Shown piece after piece: positions 10,981 to 25,500 of a stretch of 64,000 bases of DNA. This DNA is from Trichoplax adhaerens (taxonomy: Eukaryota; Animalia; Placozoa). The DNA lies in the NCBI RefSeq assembly GCF_000150275.1, contig NW_002060945.1, positions 8,944,011 to 9,008,010 of the forward strand, written 5' to 3'. The position numbers were made by a program, and so were the translations under genes. Position 1 is the first letter of the stretch, and every line of letters begins with the position of its first letter. The notes below the pieces were generated by a model. The model saw only the letters and a list, made by a program, of their open reading frames with translations. It made no database searches and was not told where the DNA came from.

Positions 10981-13900
10981 ATGAACCGTGACAAAAAGGA
11001 AAGTAGGAAAGTTGTTCATGCTGGCAAAGATGGCAATCAACGCATACACAATGATAGAAATCATGAAAATAATGGTAACAAACATAGCAATTTGACCTTA
11101 ATGAGAAATCGAGATGGAAAAGTCAGCCGAGTTGAGCTACAAATGGAACAAATGAGGCAGTTATTGCTCTTTAATCTCGAGCTAATACAGCAGCAAAAGG
11201 ATTGGCTTACTACAAAAGATGAACAAATTGCCCACTTGAAAGATCAAAATGAAAAGGTAAGCCTTGCCACATCATTTTCTACTTCATCAACCCTGTTATT
11301 GCGCCCATTTTCCTCCGCGTCGTTTTGCATCTTGCAAGTCGACATCATGTCGTCTTGATCCATCCTGACTGACTTTATGCTTGCATAGTTGATTACACTC
11401 CTTTGACACCCACTGCTGATAGCGTACCTACTGTAGTCGATCACACTACGCTAATGTCCATTTTTTTCAAACTGATTCCCAAATTGCGATCGCTAGCACA
11501 CCTTGACTACACTATATCACTTTGCTATCACTGCAATGCAAGGACAGTACTGTACTGTTAAATGCGTTCAACTAGTACAATAACACTGACTGCTGTCATA
11601 TGGCCCGCGCGCCTATCGATCAATGATATTGTCCCAACTTGCTTTAATGACATGATAGGCGATTGATGAAAGTCTAGTAGAGGAGGAGAGAACCAGACGT
11701 TCTACTTTTCAACAGTCCATTTTATACTGTACTGTATATAGTAGCCGATTTACAGTATGTATCAATGATCAATGTACATTCTCTTCTTCTTACTTTAGGC
11801 CATTGCACAATTCTAATAGCCTTCGTAGTCATGTCAACAATAACAATTTTACAATGGCCGACTGTATCATTGGTACAGTGTCTATGCCGTAAGACATAAT
11901 CAAAGCAAAGTCAGCCTTGAGGATAGCATCCACAAAATAATTACACTTGGCTGTCACCGATATCGTTTTCATATTTTGCCTTATTTGCCAAGTTAGTAAC
12001 ATACTTCAAAATACATTCTCATCAATCAACAACGTTGCTCAATCGACCAACGATAGGGTACTGTACAGTATAGATGTAGATACATTAGACAACAGTATTT
12101 ACAATTTGCTTCACCGGTGTTTTCCACCCAAGACAAAATTGTTTCCCAAATCCAATTTTGACCCAGGATATAACATACTGTACAACACTGTGTATTCTCT
12201 GTAAATAGGCTCAATCTAACCGTCGATGATTAATAGTATTGACTGTACAATATCATTCATAGTCCATTCTTTCTTTTTACTACTATAGTTACTAACCTTG
12301 CTGCGTAGCGCACATTCATTCATAAACTTGTTATTAAAAAATTCTCCATTCAATGCATTAGCAAGTCTTGATTAGTGTAGAGTACAGTACTGTACTGTAA
12401 AGCAGAGTCCATGTAATATAACTGTAACTGTCCACGCCTATTGGCAATCATCATGATAAGTGCTGTAGAAGAAAATCGTTGCTGCTACTATACTTTCCTT
12501 CGCTGGACTGCATTACCAATCGCATTTCTACAGTATACTACTTCTATAAATACACTTTCAAGCTCGAATTAGCACTATATCATGTCTTATGTCTTGCATG
12601 ATATAGCTACGAAGCAGGCTAGAAAGACTAGAACGCAGAATCACGTTAGAACGAAAAGGAAATCTTCGAAGAAGAGTCAGAAGTGAAGAGGAAACGTTAG
12701 AATCGTAAGTGAAATTAGATACAAACAATTGTACGCTACTTGGCCATTGGCCAGTAACATACTTCCACGCCTGTACTTAGTAAAAATGTATAAGGTTACT
12801 AGTAGGCTCAGCTGAGTCAAGTCAGTGATGATGATGATTGTAGAGATAGTCATGAATTATTCAAAGTTATCTTATTTCTCATCTCATTTTATGCTCTACA
12901 ACGGGTAGTATTCAAAGCATTGAGATCGAAAATGACGTTAAGGAAACTAAAGAATCCAATGAAATGAATATAACAGGATTTAGAAATGCAAATTATCTGA
13001 CGACAAAGCTACCTTATCGACATTTGGATCATATCATGAATTTTTGCGCTGTATCAAACTTTCAAAATGTACCACCAATTAAGGTTGCTAATAAAGATGA
13101 CGACGTACTTGGTAATGAAGCATAAAAACTTTCTAATATTATCCGCTACATTGCATATACCGTCCTAGATTAACGCTAGTGTAATCAAAAGTTCATTTAT
13201 CCATTGATCATTAGTCCCTAAGTGGCGCGTATGTGACGATTCTAATGATATGCTACCTGAAGATGAAAGCAATGCAGAGCCAGAAGAAGAAGAAGCGGAA
13301 GTGAGTTATGCGTTTGCCAATGTCTTTTATCGCTTAATTTTAATATCTGCTATTTCATTGCGTTTTAGACATTGTCGGATAGCGATTACGCCAAACGTCA
13401 TTGGAAGCATGAATTGGATGAAAAAAGACGGAAAAGGTTCATCTTTATTTGTAGCACTGATTACTTTCAGTACTTTGATTCCAAACTGTAGCCTCGATAA
13501 TATTAATGCCCTTGGTTTCTTTTCACTTATAGATGGGATTTGCAAAGAATCCGAGAAGAACAACTGAAAGAAAACTTGAGAAGGCGTTCTGAAGAGAAAT
13601 CGACTTCTAAAACGTTATCCAAATCTCGTAAGAGAAAATCACTTGAAGAACAGCGAATAACTTCTTTTGATCCATCAGTGGATAACAGTAAGTAACAGGC
13701 AGCAAAGTAATATAGCTTTAGCAGTAAAAATTTGTCTGGTATACCAAATTTGAATAATAATTTATACCATTTTTGGAATCAAGTAAAGGGTATATGCGTT
13801 GAAGACACGATACCTGTTGTTGCCTTTGGTAGTACAATCCCCATATTTCCTTCTAGGTATATAAGCTAAATAGGATGACTGGAATATATTTGTAATATCT

Positions 13901-14097
13901 TTTGTCATGATTCAAAAATAGTAATAGTCTGATCAACTGTGTCAGTATAGGGGATTAAAATATTGTTCTAAGTTAATCATGATCTTGCATTTCAATCCAG
14001 CGAATTTTCTCTCCCATGGTTTAATGAAAGCAAAGTCGACATGGACAATGACGAAAGGTCTACAAAAAAAAGAAGAAAATCCAGAAGAAACAATTAG
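10981..14097 (+). CDS. MSL1: Male-specific lethal 1 homolog (coiled coil + PEHE domain), 8 exons, ~351 aa
   Basis: Exons 10981-11256, 12607-12704, 12909-13111, 13215-13300, 13369-13436, 13533-13687, 13784-13856 and 14001-14097 join in frame (1056 nt). N-terminal coiled coil MRQLLLFNLELIQQQKDWLTTKDEQIAHLKDQNEKLRSRLERLERR; PEHE region VPKWR..TLSDSDYAKRHWKHELDEKRRKRWDLQRIREE..ICVEDTIPVVAFGSTIP..EFSLPW; basic NLS-like tail. Confidence 0.92.
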
Positions 14098-16530
14098 ATC
14101 TATTCCTTACTGTAAAAATACTTAGAATGACAGCGTGCGACGCAAGTGTGTATGTCAAACTGCTAAAGTAAATACAATCAAAGTACTGTATTTTAAATAT
14201 CATCTCACTCAAGCCTAACACAAAAGCTTGCACGGATAAGCTCTTGCAAGACAGTAATTTTGCTATCATTTTTCCTAACGTATATATTAAGCGAATCTTC
14301 TATTTTGATACTGTAATGTAAGTAACTGTATCTACCAACTGCTCGGGCAGATTTATAAGGGCTTTCTTTGTACCGTAAAAATTCAAATCTATTTCATCCC
14401 TGAACACTTTTTAAGCGCTGTAGCTATGTAAAATTCTGGAAAATTATGGCGATGATAGTCAATTTGGCGTCAAGATATTGTACAGGTATTATCACAAAGT
14501 ATCGACAAAGGCAGTCAGTCAGAATGCATTGAAACAACCCTATTGAGTATTATGCGTATTCTATATTAGTATATAATGCGAATTCGCTATAATCGGCGCT
14601 GTTATTGCATTACATTAAATATGTGCTGTATACGACGCAATAGTAATTACGTATGAACACGTTGGATTGCTTCATTTTTTTAGCATTAGTGTATCGAATG
14701 AGCCGTAAAATGTCGCTTTCCTTATTTTCTTTTTGACAGAAATTTGTTCAAAAATTAATTTTTAATTGCCAATCGTAGCCAGTTTTCGTTATGTAAATAT
14801 TAGAGATTTTTAAAATACTCAAAGAATGCCTTGCCGGTTCTATAAATAATTATATAACTGATTGATTTTGCACTTACGGCTCTAAAAATCGGTTATTAAA
14901 ATTTTAAATTTTAATAATAATTGTGTCCGCTATCGCAAAGTCAATGTTAGTACTGATGATAGGATCGGAAATCATAGTGCAGTGTGCACTGTGGGAAAGG
15001 TCTAAACAGCATTCTTGAGTGTGGTAGTCATTGTAGGGCTTGATATCTTTGCATTTAATGGTTATGATTGATTTTAATCTATCTCCGCAAAGTAACAATT
15101 ACATCTGGATTACAGGTGACTGTGGAAAGTTGTAACAACTAATTATGATCGCGATTTCTATTCAAAATTTAATACTGAAATAGGTGTAAGATTATCGTAG
15201 ATGTATAGAAGAGAAAATGGGATTTCTTCTGCATAAGGTGATACTGACTGTATTAGTATTGCTAATTTTTATTAATTGTCTACTAGCCCAGGTCAAATTT
15301 TCAGCTTTCTAGTTGTATTTAGAGCTACAATTCGTAAATATATTATCGTCCAAATGAAGAGTTTAACCGATGTTTCAATAGACCAGAACTACACTCTACT
15401 TGCAAAATTTGTACAGTACTGTCTATAAAGCTGCTGTAAATAATTTAAGAAATTGCTTTTACGCCTCGATAAGATTAACTAAATCAGTAGAGTAGCACAA
15501 TTGATAGTACTTGTAAATATTGATCATGACCCTCTCAGCAGGTCTTGACAGTTTGGACTTTTACTATCAATGATTTTAACTACACTTTTCTAGATACCGT
15601 ACTGTGCACTTCACACCTTACGATTAATATAAGATAGAAATTTGAAGAGGTTCGACGGTGATCATCATAATTTCTTACAGTTAAAATAGAATCTAACTTC
15701 TACAGACACAGTCCATTGCGAGTAAAAACGATAGTAGTTAAAATGTAAAATTTATTTATCCTATGTTATGGCTTCAGTAAAATCATTACAGCAAACGTGA
15801 TACATGATAAGCATCACGTCTGCCGGATTGATGTAAAATATCAAGTTAGTCATAAATAAGAGCAAAACACAATAAATAAAATTGGTGAGGATTATCACCT
15901 TGATAATTGATATTCGATACAGTATCGAAGAAAACATGTTTTCCTAATAGGACTAGCGCACTTGATAAATCCTTTTATTTACTGAGAACGAGATTTTTTC
16001 ATGCAATAGCAGTAAAGTATTACAGCAATAACTTCTTATAAGATTTCTATTCGTTCGAGGAACATCCACGCATCAGTATCAAAGCAGATAAAATCTTCTT
16101 TCATATACAGTGGTATACATATATTTGTATATTATAATTCGAGATTGTCTTGTATCATTGATTATATTGCAAAGATGATTCTCTTTACAATGTCAGCCAA
16201 TCTATCTCAAGAAGCGACTACTGGTGTACGTAGCGTACGCCAGTCTAACATAACTGCGACAGCAATCCACTTTACGTTTACATTATAATTCTGTACAGAA
16301 CTTTACTTTACAAAATTGTATCATTGTAATTGATTCAAATTGGATAAATTCTCATTATAGTACATTATTTGACGATCATACAGTAGGAAAAAAATTGAGG
16401 AAGAAATAAAAATAGTTGAGTGGTCGGAAAAGAGATGATGGTTTACAGTATCACGAATGGCTAGCTTCCTTGACAAGAAATATCGGCTTTATCCGTTTCT
16501 TAAATGAACTCTTGTATGTTACGCTAAGGA

Positions 16531-16884
16531 TTAACGAGTTAATTCCATTTCAAGAATTCTACCCCATGTATCGACATCAAAAGGTCTAGTAGGGAATGTC
16601 GGTAATTGATCTATGCTACAAACTTGACTCATCTTGCCCGATAACCAAAAATTCAAAGTTAATTTTTTATAATAGTTCATTTTAGCCAATTGCTTGAGAG
16701 ATTGTTGACCTTGCTCATCATCAAGTATCGATACATCGCAAAGTTGCTTCCAGATATAATCTGTATGATTAATAAAATCATGCCATGTTGTACATGTCTG
16801 TAAAGCTTGAGATAAATCGTTGTAATTAGCTAAACCAAAGATCATGACACTAATTTCCGCTGGCAAAAGATTGACGAAATCCAT
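16531..16884 (-). CDS. FBXO48: F-box only protein 48-like, single coding exon, 117 aa
   Basis: N-terminal F-box MDFVNLLPAEISVMIFGL..TCTTWHDFI..IWKQLC. The C-terminus WLSGKMSQVCSIDQLP..PFDVDTWGRILEMELTR matches the FBXO48 signature (WLSGRYS..PMDADTWGEILEAELER). Start placed at ATG 16884 rather than the TTG at 16920. Confidence 0.85.
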   Translation of the reverse strand: MDFVNLLPAEISVMIFGLANYNDLSQALQTCTTWHDFINHTDYIWKQLCDVSILDDEQGQQSLKQLAKMNYYKKLTLNFWLSGKMSQVCSIDQLPTFPTRPFDVDTWGRILEMELTR

Positions 16885-17329
16885 GAGAGATTGTGCTATT
16901 TCCGATCCACAGATGACCAACTAAGCGTTGCGGCAATCAGTCATCAACAATTTATACAGTACACACCATTCAATTGACAATTTGTCTTCACAGCAAGTGG
17001 TTGTCGCTAAATCAGTGCTGCCAACAAAATGAATCAATCACCAACGACGTCGTAAATCAATTCGAATCTACAGTAGCAAGTTGATAGTATGATCCACTTC
17101 TTCTCCAGGTGGAATTAAGTACTGTTCATCTGTAAACAACATCGATTTGAAAAATCGCCTTTCTCCGCATGATCTCTATATAGGGTCTTGAACGTGTCGT
17201 ACGGTAGAAGGGCAAGTACTGGAAATGAGTCACCAAATTTTCGCCGCTAGAAAAGGGAAGGGTCCAAACATCACCATGGAAACAATGATTTCATTGGCTA
17301 ATTTTATTATTGGTTTGAATGACGTACAG

Positions 17330-17664
17330 TACCAGACGTGTCTAATTGTATGTATTGTAACTGTACACTGTAGAGGCGATTCTACAGTACTGTACTAAAG
17401 TATAAATATATACAGTACTATATACAGTACTATATATACAGTATACTGTACTAAAGTATAAATATAGTACTGTAGTAGGCTATACAGTATATTTGTTAGA
17501 TTGTACGATGTACAGTACTACGCTAGTCATAATCAGAGAAGATACAGATAGTACAGTACTGTACTGACTACAGTATAAATATAGTATAGTACAGTATGTA
17601 TATACAGTACTATATATAAATATATATATATTGCTACGGTATATATATAGCATATATAACTAGT

Positions 17665-17695
<31 letters not shown>

Positions 17696-17723
17696 GTACA
17701 TATATATATAGCATATATAAATA

Positions 17724-17754
<31 letters not shown>

Positions 17755-17850
17755 GCGTATACAGTATATATAGTAGTTAGCTATATATTTGTTAGATTGT
17801 ACGATGTACAACAGTACAGTGTACTACGCTAGTCATAATCAGAGAACTTG
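17330..17850. repeat. (TA)n / TACAG low-complexity region with a ~55-bp duplicated segment, upstream of FBXO48
   Basis: Long (TA)n runs at 17670-17755. ATATTTGTTAGATTGTACGATGTAC...TACTACGCTAGTCATAATCAGAGAA occurs at about 17489 and 17785. Confidence 0.9.
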
Positions 17851-19562
17851 GTAAAATAAAATAAGAATTTTCATAATCAGAACATTATCAATTCAATAAT
17901 AACGACTTCATTGATAATAGTAGCTCCAACTGTTTTGGCAATTACTTCAGTAATGGCAAGTTACATATATATTGATTCATTGTTTGAATCAGTCCATTAT
18001 TATGATTATGATAATCATCAAGGATATGGTTTTGTATGTCATTAGAACATATTACTACACTTAACTGAATAGAACAGTTATTCATATTATTATCTTGTAC
18101 AACATACAGTATCATGACAGACTACCTAATCTGTCTTCCCTGTGTGGTTATCTCCTTGTTACTTATTTCTAATAAAGTGATTGATTCCCCTATCGATTTT
18201 TCATCCCATTCACTCAGCCTGACATCGAGAAATATTACCGGTATTGATGCAGCATAGTAGTGTACAGTAGTACAGTACATCAGGGACTTCTGCAAGGCAA
18301 TGAAAAGTCTCTGGTACAGTAATGAAAGGATCGTACTTTCTCACTCACTTTAAAACATGATTAGGATAGTCCAATTTGGTGGACCAGAGCTAATACATGA
18401 CTTATATGGACCGTAAACTATCAACGAATCCTTGAGAAATTATTTCGTAGTCCATATACGTACAATACAGTCGTTCTAATGGTACGCGCTGCAACGGTTC
18501 AACGTATAATTTTCTTCCAACTACGTTAAATTATTTATCAGAACCTTCATTCGCGCGGCATGGCGATAATGTGCTATATCCAGTGTACGGGTTCGGCTAG
18601 TCCTTTATACGCTAAAAAATAAATGACGGTTTTGCATATGATGGCTATAGAATTACAGCAGAAAGGATGGATATACCACCAAAAAAATGACTTTAATGTG
18701 TGTAACTGTTAATGCGAGCACTTGTTGCGTGCGTAAGAATAAAACTTCTACCTGGATAACGATGCCTTTTCCTACAGTCCATAACCCAAAACGATAGTAT
18801 TATATTTATATGTTTGGCACTTACGGTTAATCTGAATTATACAAGTTTTATTCAAAGGCGTAAAATGGTATATCTTATATAACGGCAAATGTCAACATCA
18901 ATTAGACATAGATATCAATATCTAAATTCCAACTTGAAATAATTTAAAAAAATAGCATCATCTATCTTTACATGATACAACAAGAAGGATGTATTGCGGC
19001 GCTGAGCAATGAAAGCAAGTATAGTTGCTATATAAAAGATACCAATTGTACTGTACAGCATATACAATGTACAGTACAATATGAAACATACAGTAAGCCA
19101 TGACTGAAAGTTATAATTGCTGTAGGTACATTTAAATAATATGATAAGGGTAATAGGCACAGAATTTGTAAAGAAGAAATTTTTATCCTTATACGAAAAT
19201 GATAATAAATCATACAGTAGTTTATAACTTATTGTAATTAGGTACCATATACTTACACAACTCATTTAATTAATGTATTAAATAGACGTATATACAGTAA
19301 ATCAGTTTCGGCAATTTTTTCCTCGAATTAGGATAAAATGGTAATGAATCATTCATCATATATAAAAAGGAATCTTTACAAATGCAGCACGATTTCAAAA
19401 TAAAAAAATCAATCCACAATAGCGTGATTAGAGTAGCAAATAAATGGGCTATGTTATATGTACACAGAATTTATACAAAAGAGAACTATATTATGTGTGG
19501 CGCGATCAAATCATTGATAGTCTGTACATTCAAAGTAATTAGCTCGGAAAAAGATTATCATA

Positions 19563-22500
19563 TTACACCGATGAATTGCGCTCAGCGAGAGGTTCTGTCA
19601 TCATCAGTTTCGCGACCTCGGTGTACTGAGCAGATTGCTCTTGTAACAGCAAGAAGATAGACTTAATATCTGTTTTTAGGTGCTTCTCTAATTCATCTAT
19701 ACGTTTCGATAGGATCGCAACTTGCCCTTTCAGTTCTTCCATAGGAAAAGACGAACATTCAGAATGTTCATTATTACATGTATCAAGAACACTGGATAAG
19801 CCTTCTTTATTATGTGAACATAGACTTGAACTGTCTACACTACTAGTTCCTTTGTGGTTCTCTGCATGTAAATCGTTTTTGCTTTGCAACTCTGCCCTGT
19901 GGTCAACACTCTTGCTAGTAACTTCATCGTGATTGGTATTAGCACGATCCAACGATTGTGTTGTAGTGTTTGTTGTATCATCAGGAGACAGATAACTCCT
20001 ACTAATCTTTGTTGTAATAGACGAAGAACTTGATCTTACTCTAACTTTACATTTTTCAGCATTACTTCTACTGTACAGGTGTTCCAAGCTACGAGCCGAA
20101 AGTGTAACAGCACTGCTACGGGTTCTTTCTCTTGGAAGTGATGGTAAAGAATTAACGTTCGATTCATCATTGTCATTTTCATTTTCAACTGTAGCTCGTT
20201 TCTACGGATAAAAGATAACGTCATACAACTTGTTTGCATCCTTTATGTATAATAAAGTTTTCATTTATGAGCGCTAGCAATTTAATAGTACCTCTCTTAA
20301 ATTGTAAGTAATTTCCAGTTCACGAGAGAAGTGTTCAGCAAAATCTGTATACGCGTCTAGTACCTCAAGGAGACTTTCTCTACTAATAGTATGTAAGTCA
20401 CAATAAGTTAATGCTCTAACATTAGCATTGGATTTAATAATTTCTCTGTGAAGATAAAAGTTTTCACCAAAGGTATCACCAACACCTAAGTAAATATTAG
20501 AAAGTTTTCAAGTTATATGTTAAAGTGATGACTATACTACACACTAGCATTTAAAGCAAGTTTTTAAGATCATACGACAACATACCCAATATTGCAACTA
20601 CTACATCATTGCGAAGAACTTCGACCGATCCGCGAGAAACAAAATACAATGCATTAAGCTTATCGCCTTGCATGATTAAGTAATCACCAGGAGGACAATG
20701 AGTAGATTGAATCTTAAAAGCTAGCGATCTAAGACAGCTAGGTGAAGACGTCGCAAATACACCAGAGTTTTCTAATAAATTCCTATTTAGATGTAAGGAA
20801 ATATCGGCTTGTAGACTCTCCGGAAAACTCTTTAATACCTATACCGAAATTACACATTTCAATAATTAGTAACCTGTATACAGTACCAGGAAAAAATTAG
20901 TTATTAACAAGGTTATTAGTCCTGCTTTTAAACAACCAATACCAAATATATACTCGTAAGCATTGTCGTGCTTGTATCGTGCTGTATAGGCGCAAACCAT
21001 ACGTTGCAATTGCTATAATTACGAAGTTATTTTTCTTCTTACTGATGTCATATCAATCCCTTTGTGAAATGACCAGGTATGTTGGAAATATTCGGCTAAT
21101 CGATCTTTCAGTGGATACGGAATTTTGTGAAATTTGATAAATTCTCGAATCTTTTTTAAGTGAGCATGATATCGCGCAGTACTGGCATATAGCCTCTGGA
21201 TAATGGCTGTCACATTACCAAATATCGATGCGTACATAAGAGCTGCAAAATAAAATTGAAAACATGCCCCTTTATTCAAAATTATCGAATAAAAAATTCA
21301 ACATAACTTTACAAATAATACAGATATTCCTTTACTTACACCCAAGCCACATTACCAAAATAGCGAATACTTTCTCTGCTCTAGTAGTTGCCGAGACGTT
21401 ACCAAATCCTACAGTAGTTAAACTGCTAAAAGTGAAGTATAATGCAGTTAAATAACGATCAGTTATCGGGGGGCCACTATCACCAAGGGTCTTATTGATA
21501 GGACGGTGAATTTCCTCTGACAGTTGATCCAACCATGAATATTTCGGCTTTGGCAGTCCCGGTCTTTCAGCAACACCAATTGCATACCATATACAAGCGA
21601 GCCAATGGGCTATTAAAGCGAATCCAAACATGAGTAGAATGAGTATCGCAGCTCCTGTTTCGGAATAACGATCGGCCTTCCTTACTACTCGGATAACTCG
21701 TAATAAACGGGCGGTTTTGAGTAGACCAATTAAAGTGATAGTCTAGGAAAATTAAGATTAAGAGTAGTTGCATAGTCAGTTTTAACTATAAAGAATATCA
21801 GCTGGTATAAATTACACAAACTATTCAGTAGATGGTCCGAAAAATTAATACATGTGATAATACCTGGTCATTTTGTTCCCCACCAATAAAGAGTTCAAAT
21901 GGAATCGCCGCAATTATATCGATTATAAACCATGATTTAAGGTAGTGGAGTGCGATCTTTCTCCAATCAGTTACAATTTCATCATTCGAGTTGACGTAAG
22001 TTGTTCGAAAGTTTATTAAAATATCTATAATAAACGTAATATCCACTATCCAATCAATTACGAATAAAGGGTCATTGTAAGCATCGTCGATAGCGTGATT
22101 CGAACGTGTTTCAGGGTTGCGATCTAGCATAGCTTTTTGAGCGTCTCTAGTTAGCAAAAAAGAAGCTGCAAAGGGTGTCACTATCGCAGTATATAATACA
22201 ACAACGAGAATTAACCAATCCCAAAAGGCTTTAAACATGGAATAATGTACAATCATGAATTTTGGAATATAAATCTCTTCTAACTTATACTGTGGTAACG
22301 CTGATCTGCGAACCTATAATAGAATATATATTAATTTCAATATTTGACATTGGTATTTAAAATTAAAATTAAATAATTTGACTATAATAAAGAGGAGTTT
22401 ACCAACCGTCGAAAATCTTTTATTATTTTTCTCCGATTGAGTAACGTCTGATGGATTAACATTTACTTCATCTAATGCGGAGATTATTTCCGCATCTTTG

Positions 22501-25500
22501 CCTCGCTTGGCTTCTGAAATTGACTGACGTAAGTTATTTAATCTATTGCTAATAAATGATGTTCTAGATTCGTTTGCACCAGCTGGACGTCGAATGTTTA
22601 CGTCATTTACAGATGCTGAGTCGTTAGTAAGACGACCAGTTGCAGTAACGTTATATTTATTACTGGCGTTGTCATCATCGCGACAGGTATCATCAGCATT
22701 AAAAGTACTTGTACTCGCACTATCAGTCTTGTCCGCAATGTCTGTAATATGTATGCGATCGCAATTTCCAATTTCAAATTGAGGTTTTTGTATATTGTCT
22801 GGATGTTTGGTGTTAGAGTAGTATAGGGATTTACTACCAATTTTAACTTTAGGAATACCGGCAGTAACACTTGAAGAGTCTTCATCACGGTTGCTTTTAT
22901 TATTTAATGAAAATTCATTTTCTTTTATTGCTGACGAGATTGATAGATCAGATCTTTGACTTCGTAATGTAACTTGGTTGACATTGTTATGGGTGCTCTG
23001 CTTCCTTGAAAATCTTCTTATCTTTGAAACTACAGCATTGCCGCAAGTAAGCAAGACAATAATATGAGGATGATAAATCATGGAGAAGAATACAAATACA
23101 TCGATAACATAAATAATAAATTAAGCTAAATCTATCAATTCATGATAAGCCAGACTGTAGCTGGCAGGTGAATTTGTATATATAACACGAAAATTTTAAG
23201 ACACAGGATATCTCAACCATTAGATACATGATTTTAATAATTATTTCTCGTGCATAATTAATTGGTTGCGTATGACTTTTTCAAGATTTCTAAGACTTTA
23301 CACGAATGTTTGCGGATAATTACAGTAAAAACTCCCAGAGATATTTTATATATCAAAATATGCCAATTCGGACGCGACTTTCCCACTCGCTATCATCTCA
23401 AACTGCAAGTAAAATACTGATATAATGATCATTTTTGGGGACTATAAAATACTGCATTATGTGTCATTATTTATCCTCGCATAGGCTCATTGGTTTACTT
23501 AGGTATAAAACTGGTCTACAGTTGGTTCCTTAGATTCATGTAAGGTTAAAGATGAAGGAAAGCACCATAGAAATTTTACAAAAACATGTAACATAAAGCA
23601 GGTTGAATTCGTGGAAATTTTCCCAGAAAGACTGCCGTAGGCGAACAAAGGCATTTCAAAAGCGTTGAGAAATTGGCTAATTATTAAACTTTAATAATAA
23701 ATAAATAGTACTTACGCCTGTTCTGTTTTTTAATTTTGATATTTTCAGTAAGTTCTTCATGGTTAACAATGTACATCACAATTTTGTCAACATCATTGAC
23801 AATGGGAGCTACCAAAACTGATACTATAATTGGAACCTCTGAAACACAATTCCAAATCATAGTCTTATTATAAAATGCATCCCATAAATCGATACAATAG
23901 TAAAATGATAGCGTGAATCAGTAATTAGGTGTTGTTGTAGGATTTATTTTTCAATTAAGTAATAAAAGCCATGCTTTAATAATAGCTTTACAACATGATA
24001 CAAAATTAATTTACAGCTATTTCGAAGGAATAAGCTTTGGAGTTAACAGAAGCAGTGCTAAAGTATTTTAACACGTTGCAAATAAATCGAGTTGCTATAT
24101 GGTATTCGAAGATATAAATACGTAGCTTTAATTTTATCCGTGCAAGTGTAACTAGTATCTCTAACAGTGTAATAGATAATTTTATGCTTAACCTTTAGTT
24201 CACACACGGTAAATCAAGTATCGAAATTCACTGATTTAAGTGCAATGATGTCGTTTATGAGAGTATGCCAATACTGAAACTGAAATTCTTGTCGATACCA
24301 GTAGGTCGTGCAAAATTTAATGTTAACAACCTCCACTATCGGATGGCCTAGAATAAGTGATCTATCACCACTAGTTTAATGTGCTTACCGTTTTTCGTGT
24401 AAAAGACTGCATCAATTCGTTGCTCATGAGGCTCCGTTAGGAATTTTTTAATGGAATTGATGGTAATTTCATCTGTTTGTTCACCTTGTAGAAATTTACA
24501 ATGGCTCGACTTTTGCATTAACTCAGCACGAGTGTATCCATAAAGTTTACAAAATCCGTCACTGCAGAAGACAATAGGGCAATCAGGAACAGTAGCATTG
24601 GCCAATATGAAGCTTCGACCTGTAGAATTGCATAATATAATAATGATAAGTTTTCTTATAACATTTATACATTCTTATGTATAATTTTTTATATCTGTTA
24701 AACACTATGATCGTAGAAATATGATCTATCACGTGGTAAAGCCCAGAATATATTTTTATTTTCACCTACAGTAGAGAGCAGTATACTTCTAGAATATAGC
24801 ATACTGTATCATCTTTACAAGGTCAACATTTTTAAAACATTTAAGATTTAATTGTAATAATCCTTAATTAAATCTAATGAAGAGCCAAAATTCCATTCTT
24901 CTGAATGTAATTTTAGAAACTTGGCTTAATGATAAGATTTAATTGTAAATTAGACTTTGGAAATATAGCAATATATTAAATATTCTTCTTAATTCAACTC
25001 TTTTGAATTACATAAACTAAATAAGTACGTACATTTTCTAGAATAGTATAAATTGGCTGTAGCTGAATGTGACGACTTGAATTATACCGTACATGCAATC
25101 ATTCGAATAGGAGGATCTACTGTATCAATATCAAGCACCAAATCACGAGATGATCAAGGCTCGTTATTAAACTATCATGATTATCTACTGTATGTATTAT
25201 TGTCTATGTTCAAATGAAATCACTCTCTATTTTGTGGTGTATCTTGCATAAAAATAGATCAACGTAGAGTCAGTGATGTGCCAGATTTTTGATCAATGTT
25301 TTATTCTAGTACGGCATGTTTATGTTGGTATACTGTAGTACAATTTAGTTTACCACCATTTATAAACAGTCTACTCTTGTTGAAGTTATGCTTTTATCGA
25401 AATTTGTTGTATCTGTCTGTCCACTTAGTCGGTTTCTATTGAAAGTAATTTTCGAATTTTACTTGGCCTATGCGTATTGCCGTACTCCCTTTCTCTCTTT

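Noticed and set aside
14904-15098. 64-aa minus-strand ORF between MSL1 and FBXO48
   Set aside because: It starts with TTG immediately after a stop, has no convincing splice partners and no recognisable domain.
17533-17811. Tyr/Ile-rich 92-aa ORF
   Set aside because: It is a translation of (TA)n microsatellite.
18915-19660. ORFs downstream of or antisense to the ERG stop
   Set aside because: These are AT-rich chance ORFs in the probable 3' UTR.
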